A stretch of DNA of 64,000 nucleotides from a virus, in the IMG/VR virus record IMGVR_UViG_3300044638_004201, positions 9,790 through 73,789 of that record, one strand, 5' to 3'. A program made the position numbers and the translations under genes. Shown in pieces: positions 55,933 to 64,000 of the stretch (within the stretch, counting starts at the first letter, position 1; each line of letters opens with the position of its first letter). A model generated the notes under the pieces. That model ran no database searches, was not told the origin of the DNA, and was given only the letters and a program-made list of their open reading frames with translations.

Positions 55933-58900
55933 ATGCCTATATATCAATGGGACAACGATTCATGGCGAAACATCAACAGTGTTTGGATGTGGGACAACGA
56001 TTCCTGGCGTCAGATTAATAGTGGCTGGATGTGGGACAACGATTCTTGGCGTCAACTTTTTTCATCTGGAACTTTTCAACCTGAAATTAGAAACACTTCT
56101 GGAGACGCAATAAGTAACTCATCTGTTGGAAACACTCTTGTCGGCTACCGTGGCTCAAATGTTTCTGGAACATATACTTTTGCTTGGCAGTATCGTATTG
56201 GCACAAATGCTGCTAATGGTTGGTTTAATCAGGGAGGCACTGGAGCAACTGGAACTCTTACAGGAGGAACCTTAACTACTAACTATGTAACTGATAGTTC
56301 AGACTTGGCTGCTATTGAGACTGCTGCATATAGTTATACGTTAAATATGAGATTTAGAGTAACTAAATCTTCAGAAACTGTAAACAGCAACGTTGTAAGA
56401 ATTAGAAAACGCACCCCTGTCAGACTTGTGAACGTAGCAAGCGGCGCTAGAGGATTTAACAGTTTTGCTACAACATATAACGCACTTACAAATGAGCCTT
56501 ACCCAACTGACAGAATTGATTTTTGGTCATCAACTGCCTGGCAGTCAACTACAACCATAACTAATGACACACGCCCTGATTACTATATTTTTACAATAGC
56601 AACTGGTACTGGTACATATATAAGAGACTCAAGAACTCTTGACTCATCAAATCCAAGAACGCCAACAAATTCTGCTAGGTACACAGTTCAAAATGGAGAT
56701 ATTGGAGAAACAATTAGAGTAACTATAGTCGCTTACAACAGTTCAACTGGCTCACCTGTTACAGCAACTACAACTACACAAATTGTAGATAACGGACTTC
56801 TAAAAGCACCAACCAACTTAATTCTTTCAGAGTCAGACTCTAACCCTGGAAAACTTGATTTACGCTGGAATCCTTCTTTAGGTGGTAATGACAATACGAT
56901 TACATATACGTGGCAGATATACAGAAATGATGTTTTTATTGATTCTGGCTCTACCACTTCTGGCGGTAATCCAATAGTTGCATTCTATCCAGCCGCTTCA
57001 GGCGTATTTGTTACAACGACTGGTAATTATAAATTTAGAGTTGTTGCTGTTCAATCTGGCTCAAGTACTGTTACCTCTGGATTTTCAAACACTGTCAACG
57101 TTACTGCTCCTGGAACATTTACAATAAGTCTTACTAATAGAACCTCTGATTTAGGTCAGCCTGTTGCTTTTACTATAGACCCATTTGAAGAAAGCACAAC
57201 TATTCTTAATAGGTATAACACCAGTTGGAGTTCTGCTGGTACTAGAGTTACAAATTATGATTCTCGATGGACTAGACCAGATGGCACTTTTTCAGACTAC
57301 GACAATGACTTAAATAGAACAGACTCTTGGGGTATTTTTCAAAGTGGCACTCACAGCCTAAGAGTTACAGCAACAAATGACAGATATCAATATATAAGAA
57401 TTGATTGGACAGCAGCAACAAATGCTGGAAGTTATAGGCTTGTATATCGTTTATACAACAACCCTAGAGGCTCTGGTTTTCCTGGTTCAAATATTACTGT
57501 AAATTTTGATTCATCAACAACTTTTTTTGATCTTGCCCTTCTTGATAATGATTTGTATTGGCAAGTAGAGGTAGTAAGTGTCACTGCTTATAGATTTGCT
57601 GACCAAATCGGTCCTTCAAGAGTAGTAACAGGCTCAACTACCTCTAATACTCAAGTTGTTGCTACTAGGGCTGTTACTAGAAGCCAAAGTCTGACCTTCA
57701 TTACTGTAAGTGCTGGAAGTGTGACTATAAGTGGTACACCTGAAGTTTTTGAATTTCTTACATATTCACTTTCTGGTTGGACACCCGCTGCTTCAAACTC
57801 TGAGTGGTCGTTTGAGCATACCTGGGGCAGAACAAATCTTGAAAGTCAAACAGCAAACACTTATACAAAAGGCAGCAACTCTTCAATAATCCCTGCTGGT
57901 GCGGATATTGGAGAAAATATTCTTATCCGTGTTAGAGGAACTTTTAGAGGAACGACTACTTCTTATGTATTTGACTCTTCTCCCACGATTCTTCCGTACC
58001 CTCCTACATACACGTTAACAAATAATTTTGACCTTACATTTACAATTAGTGATTTGACTTCTAATGGTGCTACAAGTTACTTTGGAACATACACTGGTGG
58101 AAGTATTATAAACACGTCTTTATCAGTCAACACCACAGTTTCCGTTGCAACTGAAGGAACTAAAACCGTGTCTTTGTTTGCTAGATTAAGAAAAACAATT
58201 AGTGGCGTTTCTCAACTTTTTGATAGCGCTAGGTCTAGAACTCAAACAATCAACGTTCAAGAAATCTCAGCCTTTAATTGGACCCCTTCTGATACAACTG
58301 TTACGCCTTCAACTCCAGGAGTAGTGACTGTTACATTTAGTAATAATGCAGTTAATTTGGACTGGGCGGATGCAGCAAATGCTACTGAATACACAAGCAC
58401 AATTAGTGGTGGAACTGAAGGATTTAGAACTTTTAATACAAATTTTTCTACCGATTCTTGGACTATTACAAATGGTGGAGTTGCTTACTCTGGAAGTGTT
58501 AGATCAAGAAATACTGATGGAAGAATTCTTATTGACTGGCCAGCAGTATCAGGAGCATCTAGTTATAGAGTTTTATTCACTATAAGCGGAACCACTTCAA
58601 ATGTACTAACTACATCAACATCGTACACAATTACAACAACAACTGGAACTGCTATTTCTAATATCAGAGTTAGAGCATATGCCAACAGTGGTGGTACTGG
58701 AGTCTTTAGAGAGGGCTCTGCTGTACCATTTCCCACTACACAAACGCCACAGCCAAAAACATCTGGTCTAAGAGAGTGGAGTGGTACATCTCTTTCTGCT
58801 CCAGCAACCCCTACAGGACTCTCTGCTACTGCAACAAGTACTTCTTCTGTAAGCCTTTCTTGGAATGCTGCCGCTAGAGCATCGACCTATGAGTGGTATT

Positions 58901-59349
58901 GGAATATTAGTGGAACCACACCTACTACACAGGGTGCTGACTTTTCTGGAATTACTGGCACAACTGCCACGCACAGTGGTAGAACATCAGGTACAACTTA
59001 CTACTACTGGGTAAGAGCAAGAAACTCTATTGGAGTAAGCGGTTGGTCTGCTCGTGATTCTGCTACTACTTTTGTAGCAGTCCCTTCAACCCCTACAGGA
59101 GTTAGCGTTAGTGGTGGTGGTCTTGTTACTTGGAATGCCTCTGCTGGAGCGACTTCATACACCGTTCGATATCAAAGCGCTGCTACTAACACTGGAGGAA
59201 GTCCTAATACTGCTGTTGCTCAAAACGTAGGAAACACTACAAGTTTTACAATACCTTTTGTGTCTGGAAAACTTTGGAGAAGAGCCCAAGTTCTTGCTAC
59301 CAACAGCGCTGGAAGTTCTGCCTACTCTGCATTTACGGCCTGGTCATAA
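55933..59349 (+). CDS. Tail fibre/receptor-binding protein with fibronectin type III domains
   Basis: APTNL..LRW, PATPTGLSA..LSWNA..YYYWVRA, Thr/Ser-rich. Confidence 0.75.
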   Translation: MPIYQWDNDSWRNINSVWMWDNDSWRQINSGWMWDNDSWRQLFSSGTFQPEIRNTSGDAISNSSVGNTLVGYRGSNVSGTYTFAWQYRIGTNAANGWFNQGGTGATGTLTGGTLTTNYVTDSSDLAAIETAAYSYTLNMRFRVTKSSETVNSNVVRIRKRTPVRLVNVASGARGFNSFATTYNALTNEPYPTDRIDFWSSTAWQSTTTITNDTRPDYYIFTIATGTGTYIRDSRTLDSSNPRTPTNSARYTVQNGDIGETIRVTIVAYNSSTGSPVTATTTTQIVDNGLLKAPTNLILSESDSNPGKLDLRWNPSLGGNDNTITYTWQIYRNDVFIDSGSTTSGGNPIVAFYPAASGVFVTTTGNYKFRVVAVQSGSSTVTSGFSNTVNVTAPGTFTISLTNRTSDLGQPVAFTIDPFEESTTILNRYNTSWSSAGTRVTNYDSRWTRPDGTFSDYDNDLNRTDSWGIFQSGTHSLRVTATNDRYQYIRIDWTAATNAGSYRLVYRLYNNPRGSGFPGSNITVNFDSSTTFFDLALLDNDLYWQVEVVSVTAYRFADQIGPSRVVTGSTTSNTQVVATRAVTRSQSLTFITVSAGSVTISGTPEVFEFLTYSLSGWTPAASNSEWSFEHTWGRTNLESQTANTYTKGSNSSIIPAGADIGENILIRVRGTFRGTTTSYVFDSSPTILPYPPTYTLTNNFDLTFTISDLTSNGATSYFGTYTGGSIINTSLSVNTTVSVATEGTKTVSLFARLRKTISGVSQLFDSARSRTQTINVQEISAFNWTPSDTTVTPSTPGVVTVTFSNNAVNLDWADAANATEYTSTISGGTEGFRTFNTNFSTDSWTITNGGVAYSGSVRSRNTDGRILIDWPAVSGASSYRVLFTISGTTSNVLTTSTSYTITTTTGTAISNIRVRAYANSGGTGVFREGSAVPFPTTQTPQPKTSGLREWSGTSLSAPATPTGLSATATSTSSVSLSWNAAARASTYEWYWNISGTTPTTQGADFSGITGTTATHSGRTSGTTYYYWVRARNSIGVSGWSARDSATTFVAVPSTPTGVSVSGGGLVTWNASAGATSYTVRYQSAATNTGGSPNTAVAQNVGNTTSFTIPFVSGKLWRRAQVLATNSAGSSAYSAFTAWS

Positions 59350-59351
59350 AT

Positions 59352-59540
59352 ATGCTAACTAATCAAGAAAAAATAGATTTTTTGTTAGGTAAATTGTCAA
59401 ACATAAATTTGGTAATAGAGCATACAGAGAGTAATCCAGAGATCGAAGGAAAGCCCTCGAAGGAGTACTACTTGACTCGATACCAAGCAGAAAAAGCAGC
59501 AATACTGCAAAAACTAGAAGAATTAGGCTATCAAGCCTAA
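59352..59540 (+). CDS. Small hypothetical protein
   Basis: ATG 59352 in frame with track ORF; resembles next gene (L...EK..I). Confidence 0.5.
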   Translation: MLTNQEKIDFLLGKLSNINLVIEHTESNPEIEGKPSKEYYLTRYQAEKAAILQKLEELGYQA

Positions 59541-59590
59541 AAACCTATAGATAGCAAAGTGCTATCATAGAACCCTAAGAAGGAGAAAAA

Positions 59591-59803
59591 ATGCCAGAGA
59601 CATATACCTACTTATCAGATGAAGATAAGCAGAACATCATCACCAATCACATTCGCAATTTAGAGTACACCATGTACAACAACGAGGTGTCAATTATTGC
59701 TCTTACAGGTATTGATGGTTCTACAGAACAAATTGATACATTGGAATCAGAAAACGACACTGTTAGAGGCAAAATCACGGCTCTAAAAGCCTTAATGTCT
59801 TAG
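59591..59803 (+). CDS. Small coiled-coil protein
   Basis: AAGGAG RBS. Confidence 0.6.
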   Translation: MPETYTYLSDEDKQNIITNHIRNLEYTMYNNEVSIIALTGIDGSTEQIDTLESENDTVRGKITALKALMS

Positions 59804-59816
59804 TAGAGGACTCTAA

Positions 59817-60038
59817 ATGACTGACGCTAATGACAGTAAAGACTTAGTAATTATTGCCTTACGGCAAAGAATTGGTGAGTTGGTTCAGAACTATGAGTAC
59901 GCTGTTGCTACTCTTCGTGCTGATATAACAAAACTAGATACCATTAACAAAGACCTTGTTAAAAGGCTAACCCCTCAACCTGAGACGCCTAAAGAATTTC
60001 CATCTGTCTCAGAATTACTGGAAGAGAAGAATGTTTGA
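59817..60038 (+). CDS. Small coiled-coil protein
   Basis: GAGGA RBS. Confidence 0.6.
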   Translation: MTDANDSKDLVIIALRQRIGELVQNYEYAVATLRADITKLDTINKDLVKRLTPQPETPKEFPSVSELLEEKNV

Positions 60039-60501
60039 GATAAAAGACGGCTCACGAACACTACAGTTCAATGGTAGGTTATTAGGAGAGTCTTCTTCTT
60101 GGCGTCGTGGCTCAACCAGATGGATTGAGTTTGCACTGTATCGGACAGAGAATGGTTCTTACATTTTGTCCCGTATTGGTGTATCTTTAGTATTTCACGG
60201 CGCTGCTTGTCCTTTAGTAAAGCAATACTTTTTAGTAGAGGGAGAGCCTGAGGATTTAGATACTGACGCAATCCCCTGCGACATTTGTAAGCCAGTAAGG
60301 TCGCTACCAATTGTCTTTCCAGAAAAGTATCGCTACTGGGCTCAAGTAAGTGAAGACCCTAAACCAGTCTTAGATGCTCTTTACAAATACGACCAAGGTG
60401 GGGCAAGATACCTAACTAACGTCGCACAGAGGTTGCTAGAGCGAGCAGCAGAGAATGATGAGAAGATAGATGCAGTCTACAGAGTCGAGATGATTCCGTA
60501 A
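60031..60501 (+). CDS. Conserved actinophage hypothetical protein
   Basis: RW.EF.LYRT..G.Y, CDIC. Confidence 0.6.
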   Translation: MFEIKDGSRTLQFNGRLLGESSSWRRGSTRWIEFALYRTENGSYILSRIGVSLVFHGAACPLVKQYFLVEGEPEDLDTDAIPCDICKPVRSLPIVFPEKYRYWAQVSEDPKPVLDALYKYDQGGARYLTNVAQRLLERAAENDEKIDAVYRVEMIP

Positions 60502-60528
60502 CAATCTGAAAGAAGGACCAAAAGACAA

Positions 60529-62349
60529 ATGACAAAAGGACTTGATGGAATTCAAGTCACCCTTGTTGATTCAGTAGAAAAAGCAAACGAGTTTATTAGT
60601 TGGCTTGGCGAACGCAGACCGCATAACGCAATCGCTATTGATACTGAAACAGGAGAAAGACCAGGGCGACCACGAGAAGATGCACTCTCTCCTTGGCATG
60701 GCGACTTACGCCTTGTTCAAGTTGGTGATGGAATGCATGGCTGGTCAATTCCTTGGCAAGAATGGTCTGGTGTTTTTTATGAAGCAATGGATAAGTTTGA
60801 TGGACCAATTGTGTGCCACAACATTGCATTTGAAGCGAAGTGGTTTGCTGTTAAGTCTCATTGGGAACTTCCTTGGCATCGTGCACACGACACAATGATT
60901 ATGGCTCACCTTATTGACCCTTTAGGTCCTGGTGGACTCAAGCCGCTATCTGCAAGACTTATTGATGGACAGGCTGCTCACCTTCAAGACAAGTTGGATA
61001 TTGACCTTACAAAAAATGGCTGGACGTGGGGAACTGTTCCTACAAACTTTGAGCCTTACTGGTCTTATGGCGCTCTAGACACCATTCTCACAATGCGTCT
61101 TTGGGAAAAGTTTTATGAGAAGTGTGGCCCTGGTCAGCCTTATCACAAGGCGTATGAGATTGAAATGGCTGCTAGAAAAATCGTTACTCGTATGGAAATC
61201 AATGGCGCTCGTGTTGACCTTGAATACTCTAAGCGTAAGTACCAAGAACTTATTGACTACACCGAATCTGTCAAAGATTGGGCAAATAAAACTTATGCTG
61301 GAACAAGCATTACTAGCAACATTCAACTTGTTCGTTTGTTTGAGAAACTTGGCGCAGAGATTATTGAATACACTCCTTCTGGACAAAAATCTGCCAGCAA
61401 AGACCAATTAGCCTTTCTTGCTATCAATGGAAACGATGAAGTAAAAAATCTTGCCGACATAGTTCTCAAGCAACGCAAAGCAGATAAACTTGCTAACACA
61501 TACTTCCTCAACTTTATCAATAAAAATGTTGATGGAATCTTGCACCCTTCCGTAAAGACTTTAGGTGCTCGCACATCTCGTATGTCAATCACAGACCCTG
61601 CGCTACAGACTCTTCCTAAGGGTGATGACACGGTGCGTCGTGCTTTTATTCCAAAAGATAAAGACCACGTCATTATTACTTCAGACTTAGACCAAGTTGA
61701 GTTTCGTATGTTTGCATCTTTGTCTAAAGACCCAAACCTCATCACACTGTTTAATCGTGCTGATGAAACTGGCTCTGACCCCTTTACAGAAATTGGTCGT
61801 GAGGTTTATCAAGAACCAGAAATGACTCGTTCAGATAAACGCAGAACTCTTATCAAGGGAATGGTTTACGGACGTCTTTATGGCGCTGGTGTTGCTAAGC
61901 AAGCACTTACTGCTGGAGTTGCTGAAATGCAGATGAAGGCGGTCTCAGATGCTTTTGATAGGCGATACCCAGGAATGATTAAGTTCCAAAAAGAGATTGA
62001 ACATCTTGGCGCAACTCGTGAGCGCAATGAAGGTCAAGGCTACATTTACACATGGACTGGTCGTAAGATTCCTTGCGATGAAGGTCGTGTCTATACTCTT
62101 ATCAATTATCTTATTCAAGGCGGTGCTGCTGAAGTTTTCAAGAGTAATCTTATAAAACTTGATCAAGCAGATTTGACTGAGCATTTGATTGTTCCTGTAC
62201 ACGATGAAATTGTTCTTCAAGCACCTCGTGAAGATGCTGAAGAAATCAAGAAGATAGTTCAAGAATGTATGACAACAACAGACGGATGGGATGTTCCACT
62301 TACTGCTGGAATTGACGGTCCACTAGAGACGTGGGGAGATAAGTACTAA
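60529..62349 (+). CDS. polA: DNA polymerase family A (3'-5' exo + polymerase)
   Basis: DTETG exo I, motif A DLDQVEFR, motif B K...YGRLYG, motif C VHDE. Confidence 0.95.
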   Translation: MTKGLDGIQVTLVDSVEKANEFISWLGERRPHNAIAIDTETGERPGRPREDALSPWHGDLRLVQVGDGMHGWSIPWQEWSGVFYEAMDKFDGPIVCHNIAFEAKWFAVKSHWELPWHRAHDTMIMAHLIDPLGPGGLKPLSARLIDGQAAHLQDKLDIDLTKNGWTWGTVPTNFEPYWSYGALDTILTMRLWEKFYEKCGPGQPYHKAYEIEMAARKIVTRMEINGARVDLEYSKRKYQELIDYTESVKDWANKTYAGTSITSNIQLVRLFEKLGAEIIEYTPSGQKSASKDQLAFLAINGNDEVKNLADIVLKQRKADKLANTYFLNFINKNVDGILHPSVKTLGARTSRMSITDPALQTLPKGDDTVRRAFIPKDKDHVIITSDLDQVEFRMFASLSKDPNLITLFNRADETGSDPFTEIGREVYQEPEMTRSDKRRTLIKGMVYGRLYGAGVAKQALTAGVAEMQMKAVSDAFDRRYPGMIKFQKEIEHLGATRERNEGQGYIYTWTGRKIPCDEGRVYTLINYLIQGGAAEVFKSNLIKLDQADLTEHLIVPVHDEIVLQAPREDAEEIKKIVQECMTTTDGWDVPLTAGIDGPLETWGDKY

Positions 62350-62813
62350 TGTATGTTCTTTCAGTAGACCCAGGAAAAATGAGTGGTGTGTGCCTTCTTG
62401 AATGGTCAGGAAATGAAGATGACCTGCCAGTTGTTAAATTTTCAGTTGAAGTAGATGATGCTGGATATGCCAGCCCAATTGAAATTGCGCTACATCAATG
62501 GAGATCCTATGATTCTTTTATGGTCGTATGTGAACGCTTTACTATTACAGCACAAACTGTAAGAAATTCGCAAGCGCCATACAGTCTTGAGCAAATAGGA
62601 ATTCTCAAGCATATGTGTAGAGTAAACGGCTATAAGCCTGAAGACATCACTTTTCAGGCTCCTGTAGACGCTAAAACAATGTTTACAAATGAAAGTCTCA
62701 AGAAGATTGGGACTTGGCATAAAGGCGGGGAAGGGCACGCAAATGACGCTATCCGACACGCCCTGCTAAAACTGGTTAAAAGTGGTTGGAAGCCAAAAGT
62801 TCTGCTAAAATAG
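62349..62813 (+). CDS. RuvC-like Holliday junction resolvase
   Basis: LSVDPG..SG, VCERF, HANDAIRH. Confidence 0.8.
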   Translation: MYVLSVDPGKMSGVCLLEWSGNEDDLPVVKFSVEVDDAGYASPIEIALHQWRSYDSFMVVCERFTITAQTVRNSQAPYSLEQIGILKHMCRVNGYKPEDITFQAPVDAKTMFTNESLKKIGTWHKGGEGHANDAIRHALLKLVKSGWKPKVLLK

Positions 62814-62890
62814 TACGGTCTTGAAAAAGTAAAAAACTATTTTTTCTGGTACCGTATGTTCTAAGTACATAATGACGGTTGGGGGTTGTA

Positions 62891-64000
62891 GTGACAGTAT
62901 CTGTAGATATAGATAACGGTGGGGAACACATCCTTATTACCGCTGAGTGGCGCCTCAAAGAACTCTGTAAGAGCCTTCCAGGAGCCTCCTGGAGCCCTTC
63001 TGACCAGGTTTGGAGAGTTCCCCTAAGTTGGACAACCTGTCTCGCTCTACGCTCTACATTCCGCAATGACCTAGTTATTGGACCAGCCTTATCTGAATGG
63101 GCTGCTAATGAAGTAACCACCAGAATCAACCCTTCTAATGCTTTTAGAGAGTTAGAAACCTTTGAAGGCGATGAAATCCTTTTCCCTCACCAAAGGGCTG
63201 GCGTTGAGTTTTTAGCAACAGCCAAACGAGCCCTACTAGCCGATGAGCCTGGCTTAGGTAAAACAGCACAGGCTATCCGTGCCCTCAAGATGCTCCACGA
63301 AAGAGGAGAAGAAATCTTTCCAGTTTTGATTGTCTGCCCTAACACTTTGAAAAAGAACTGGGCTAGAGAATTTACGAAGTGGTGGCCTGAGGTTCCAACA
63401 CAGGTAATCAAAGGCTCTGCGGTTCAACGCAAACGTCAGTTTGAAGACCCAGCGCAAGTATTTATTATCAACTGGGAATCTCTTAGAACCCACTCACGAC
63501 TAGCACCTTATGGCTCTGTTGCTCTGACTCGTTGCCGTGCTTGCGGTGGACAAGATGAAAAGATTAGCGAAACACGTTGCGAAGTACATCTTCGTGAACT
63601 CAATCATATTGATTTCAAAGCCGTTATTGCAGATGAGATTCACCGTTCTAAAGACCCTAAATCAAAGCAAAGTCGTGCTCTCTGGTCTGCTAGTGGAGAC
63701 TCAAAGATTCGTTTTGCACTTACTGGAACACCTATTGCCAATAATGTTGTAGACCTTTGGTCAATTCTTCATTGGATTTCTCCAAAGGATTGGCCAAGCA
63801 AGACAAAGTGGATTGACCGAATGGTTGACACGATGCTCAACGCCTTTGGCGGAATGATGGTTATTGGCGTAAAGCCAGCGATGCAAGATGAGTTCTACAA
63901 ATCTGTAAACCCAGTTATGCGTCGTATGCTCAAGAAAGTAGTGCTTCCTTGGCTTCCACCAGTTATCAATGAACGCCGAGATGTTGAGATGTCATCTAAG
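62891..64000 (+). CDS. SNF2/DEAD-family helicase, 3'-truncated (absent from ORF track)
   Basis: Read manually from GTG 62891: LFPHQ, LADEPGLGKT, VCPNTL..NW, ADEIH, LTGTP. Confidence 0.9.
   Translation, partial: MTVSVDIDNGGEHILITAEWRLKELCKSLPGASWSPSDQVWRVPLSWTTCLALRSTFRNDLVIGPALSEWAANEVTTRINPSNAFRELETFEGDEILFPHQRAGVEFLATAKRALLADEPGLGKTAQAIRALKMLHERGEEIFPVLIVCPNTLKKNWAREFTKWWPEVPTQVIKGSAVQRKRQFEDPAQVFIINWESLRTHSRLAPYGSVALTRCRACGGQDEKISETRCEVHLRELNHIDFKAVIADEIHRSKDPKSKQSRALWSASGDSKIRFALTGTPIANNVVDLWSILHWISPKDWPSKTKWIDRMVDTMLNAFGGMMVIGVKPAMQDEFYKSVNPVMRRMLKKVVLPWLPPVINERRDVEMSSK

Noticed and set aside
22563-63752. Numerous minus-strand and alternate-frame ORFs in the track overlapping long genes
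   Set aside because: Shadow ORFs of long + strand genes, without RBS or recognisable motifs
1-64000. tRNA genes
   Set aside because: No cloverleaf with T-loop GTTCRA and acceptor stem recognised by eye in the intergenic regions; tRNAscan not run
1-64000. Integrase, transposon, diversity-generating retroelement or stop-codon reassignment
   Set aside because: No recombinase, transposase or reverse transcriptase motifs; long genes read intact in the standard code with all three stops used

Overview
This window is a 64-kb slice of a large tailed dsDNA phage (siphovirus-type). It is probably an actinobacteriophage of a low-GC host: the head/tail module resembles mycobacteriophage cluster B, ribosome-binding sites read GAAAGG(G/A)G, and several genes look leaderless. 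A freshwater acI-like host is an inference. Positions 1-21 kb are an early/accessory region of many small genes behind sigma70/SigA-like TTGACA promoters. It includes a MoxR-type AAA+ ATPase with a HEXXH/VWA partner, an Ntn (HslV-like) protease, a CX5R phosphatase, a lytic transglycosylase and HTH proteins. Positions 21-60 kb are the structural region: portal, several head polyproteins including a 3136-aa protein (DEDDh exonuclease + WYL + PI3/4K/HipA-like kinase), a maturation-protease fusion, two capsid proteins, and tail genes. Positions 60-64 kb hold PolA, a RuvC-like resolvase and the start of a SNF2 helicase. Four signals stand out. (1) At least four intergenic loci encode G-U-containing hairpins whose C/U-rich loops mimic the 16S anti-Shine-Dalgarno and are complementary to the phage's own RBSs (candidate phage anti-SD sRNAs). 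(2) An exact 12-mer AAAAAGTAAAAA occurs 17 times in the first 20 kb, usually with a second motif ACTACAAACAACTT. The only GATC sites I found in the first 23 kb sit next to it. (3) Head polyproteins share a leader domain, hydrophobic-T/V-A-A/S putative cleavage sites and RDxxG(K/R)F tags, suggesting protease-released, virion-delivered effectors. (4) CRP/GlxR-type boxes lie upstream of early promoters. All counts are by eye and need computational confirmation.
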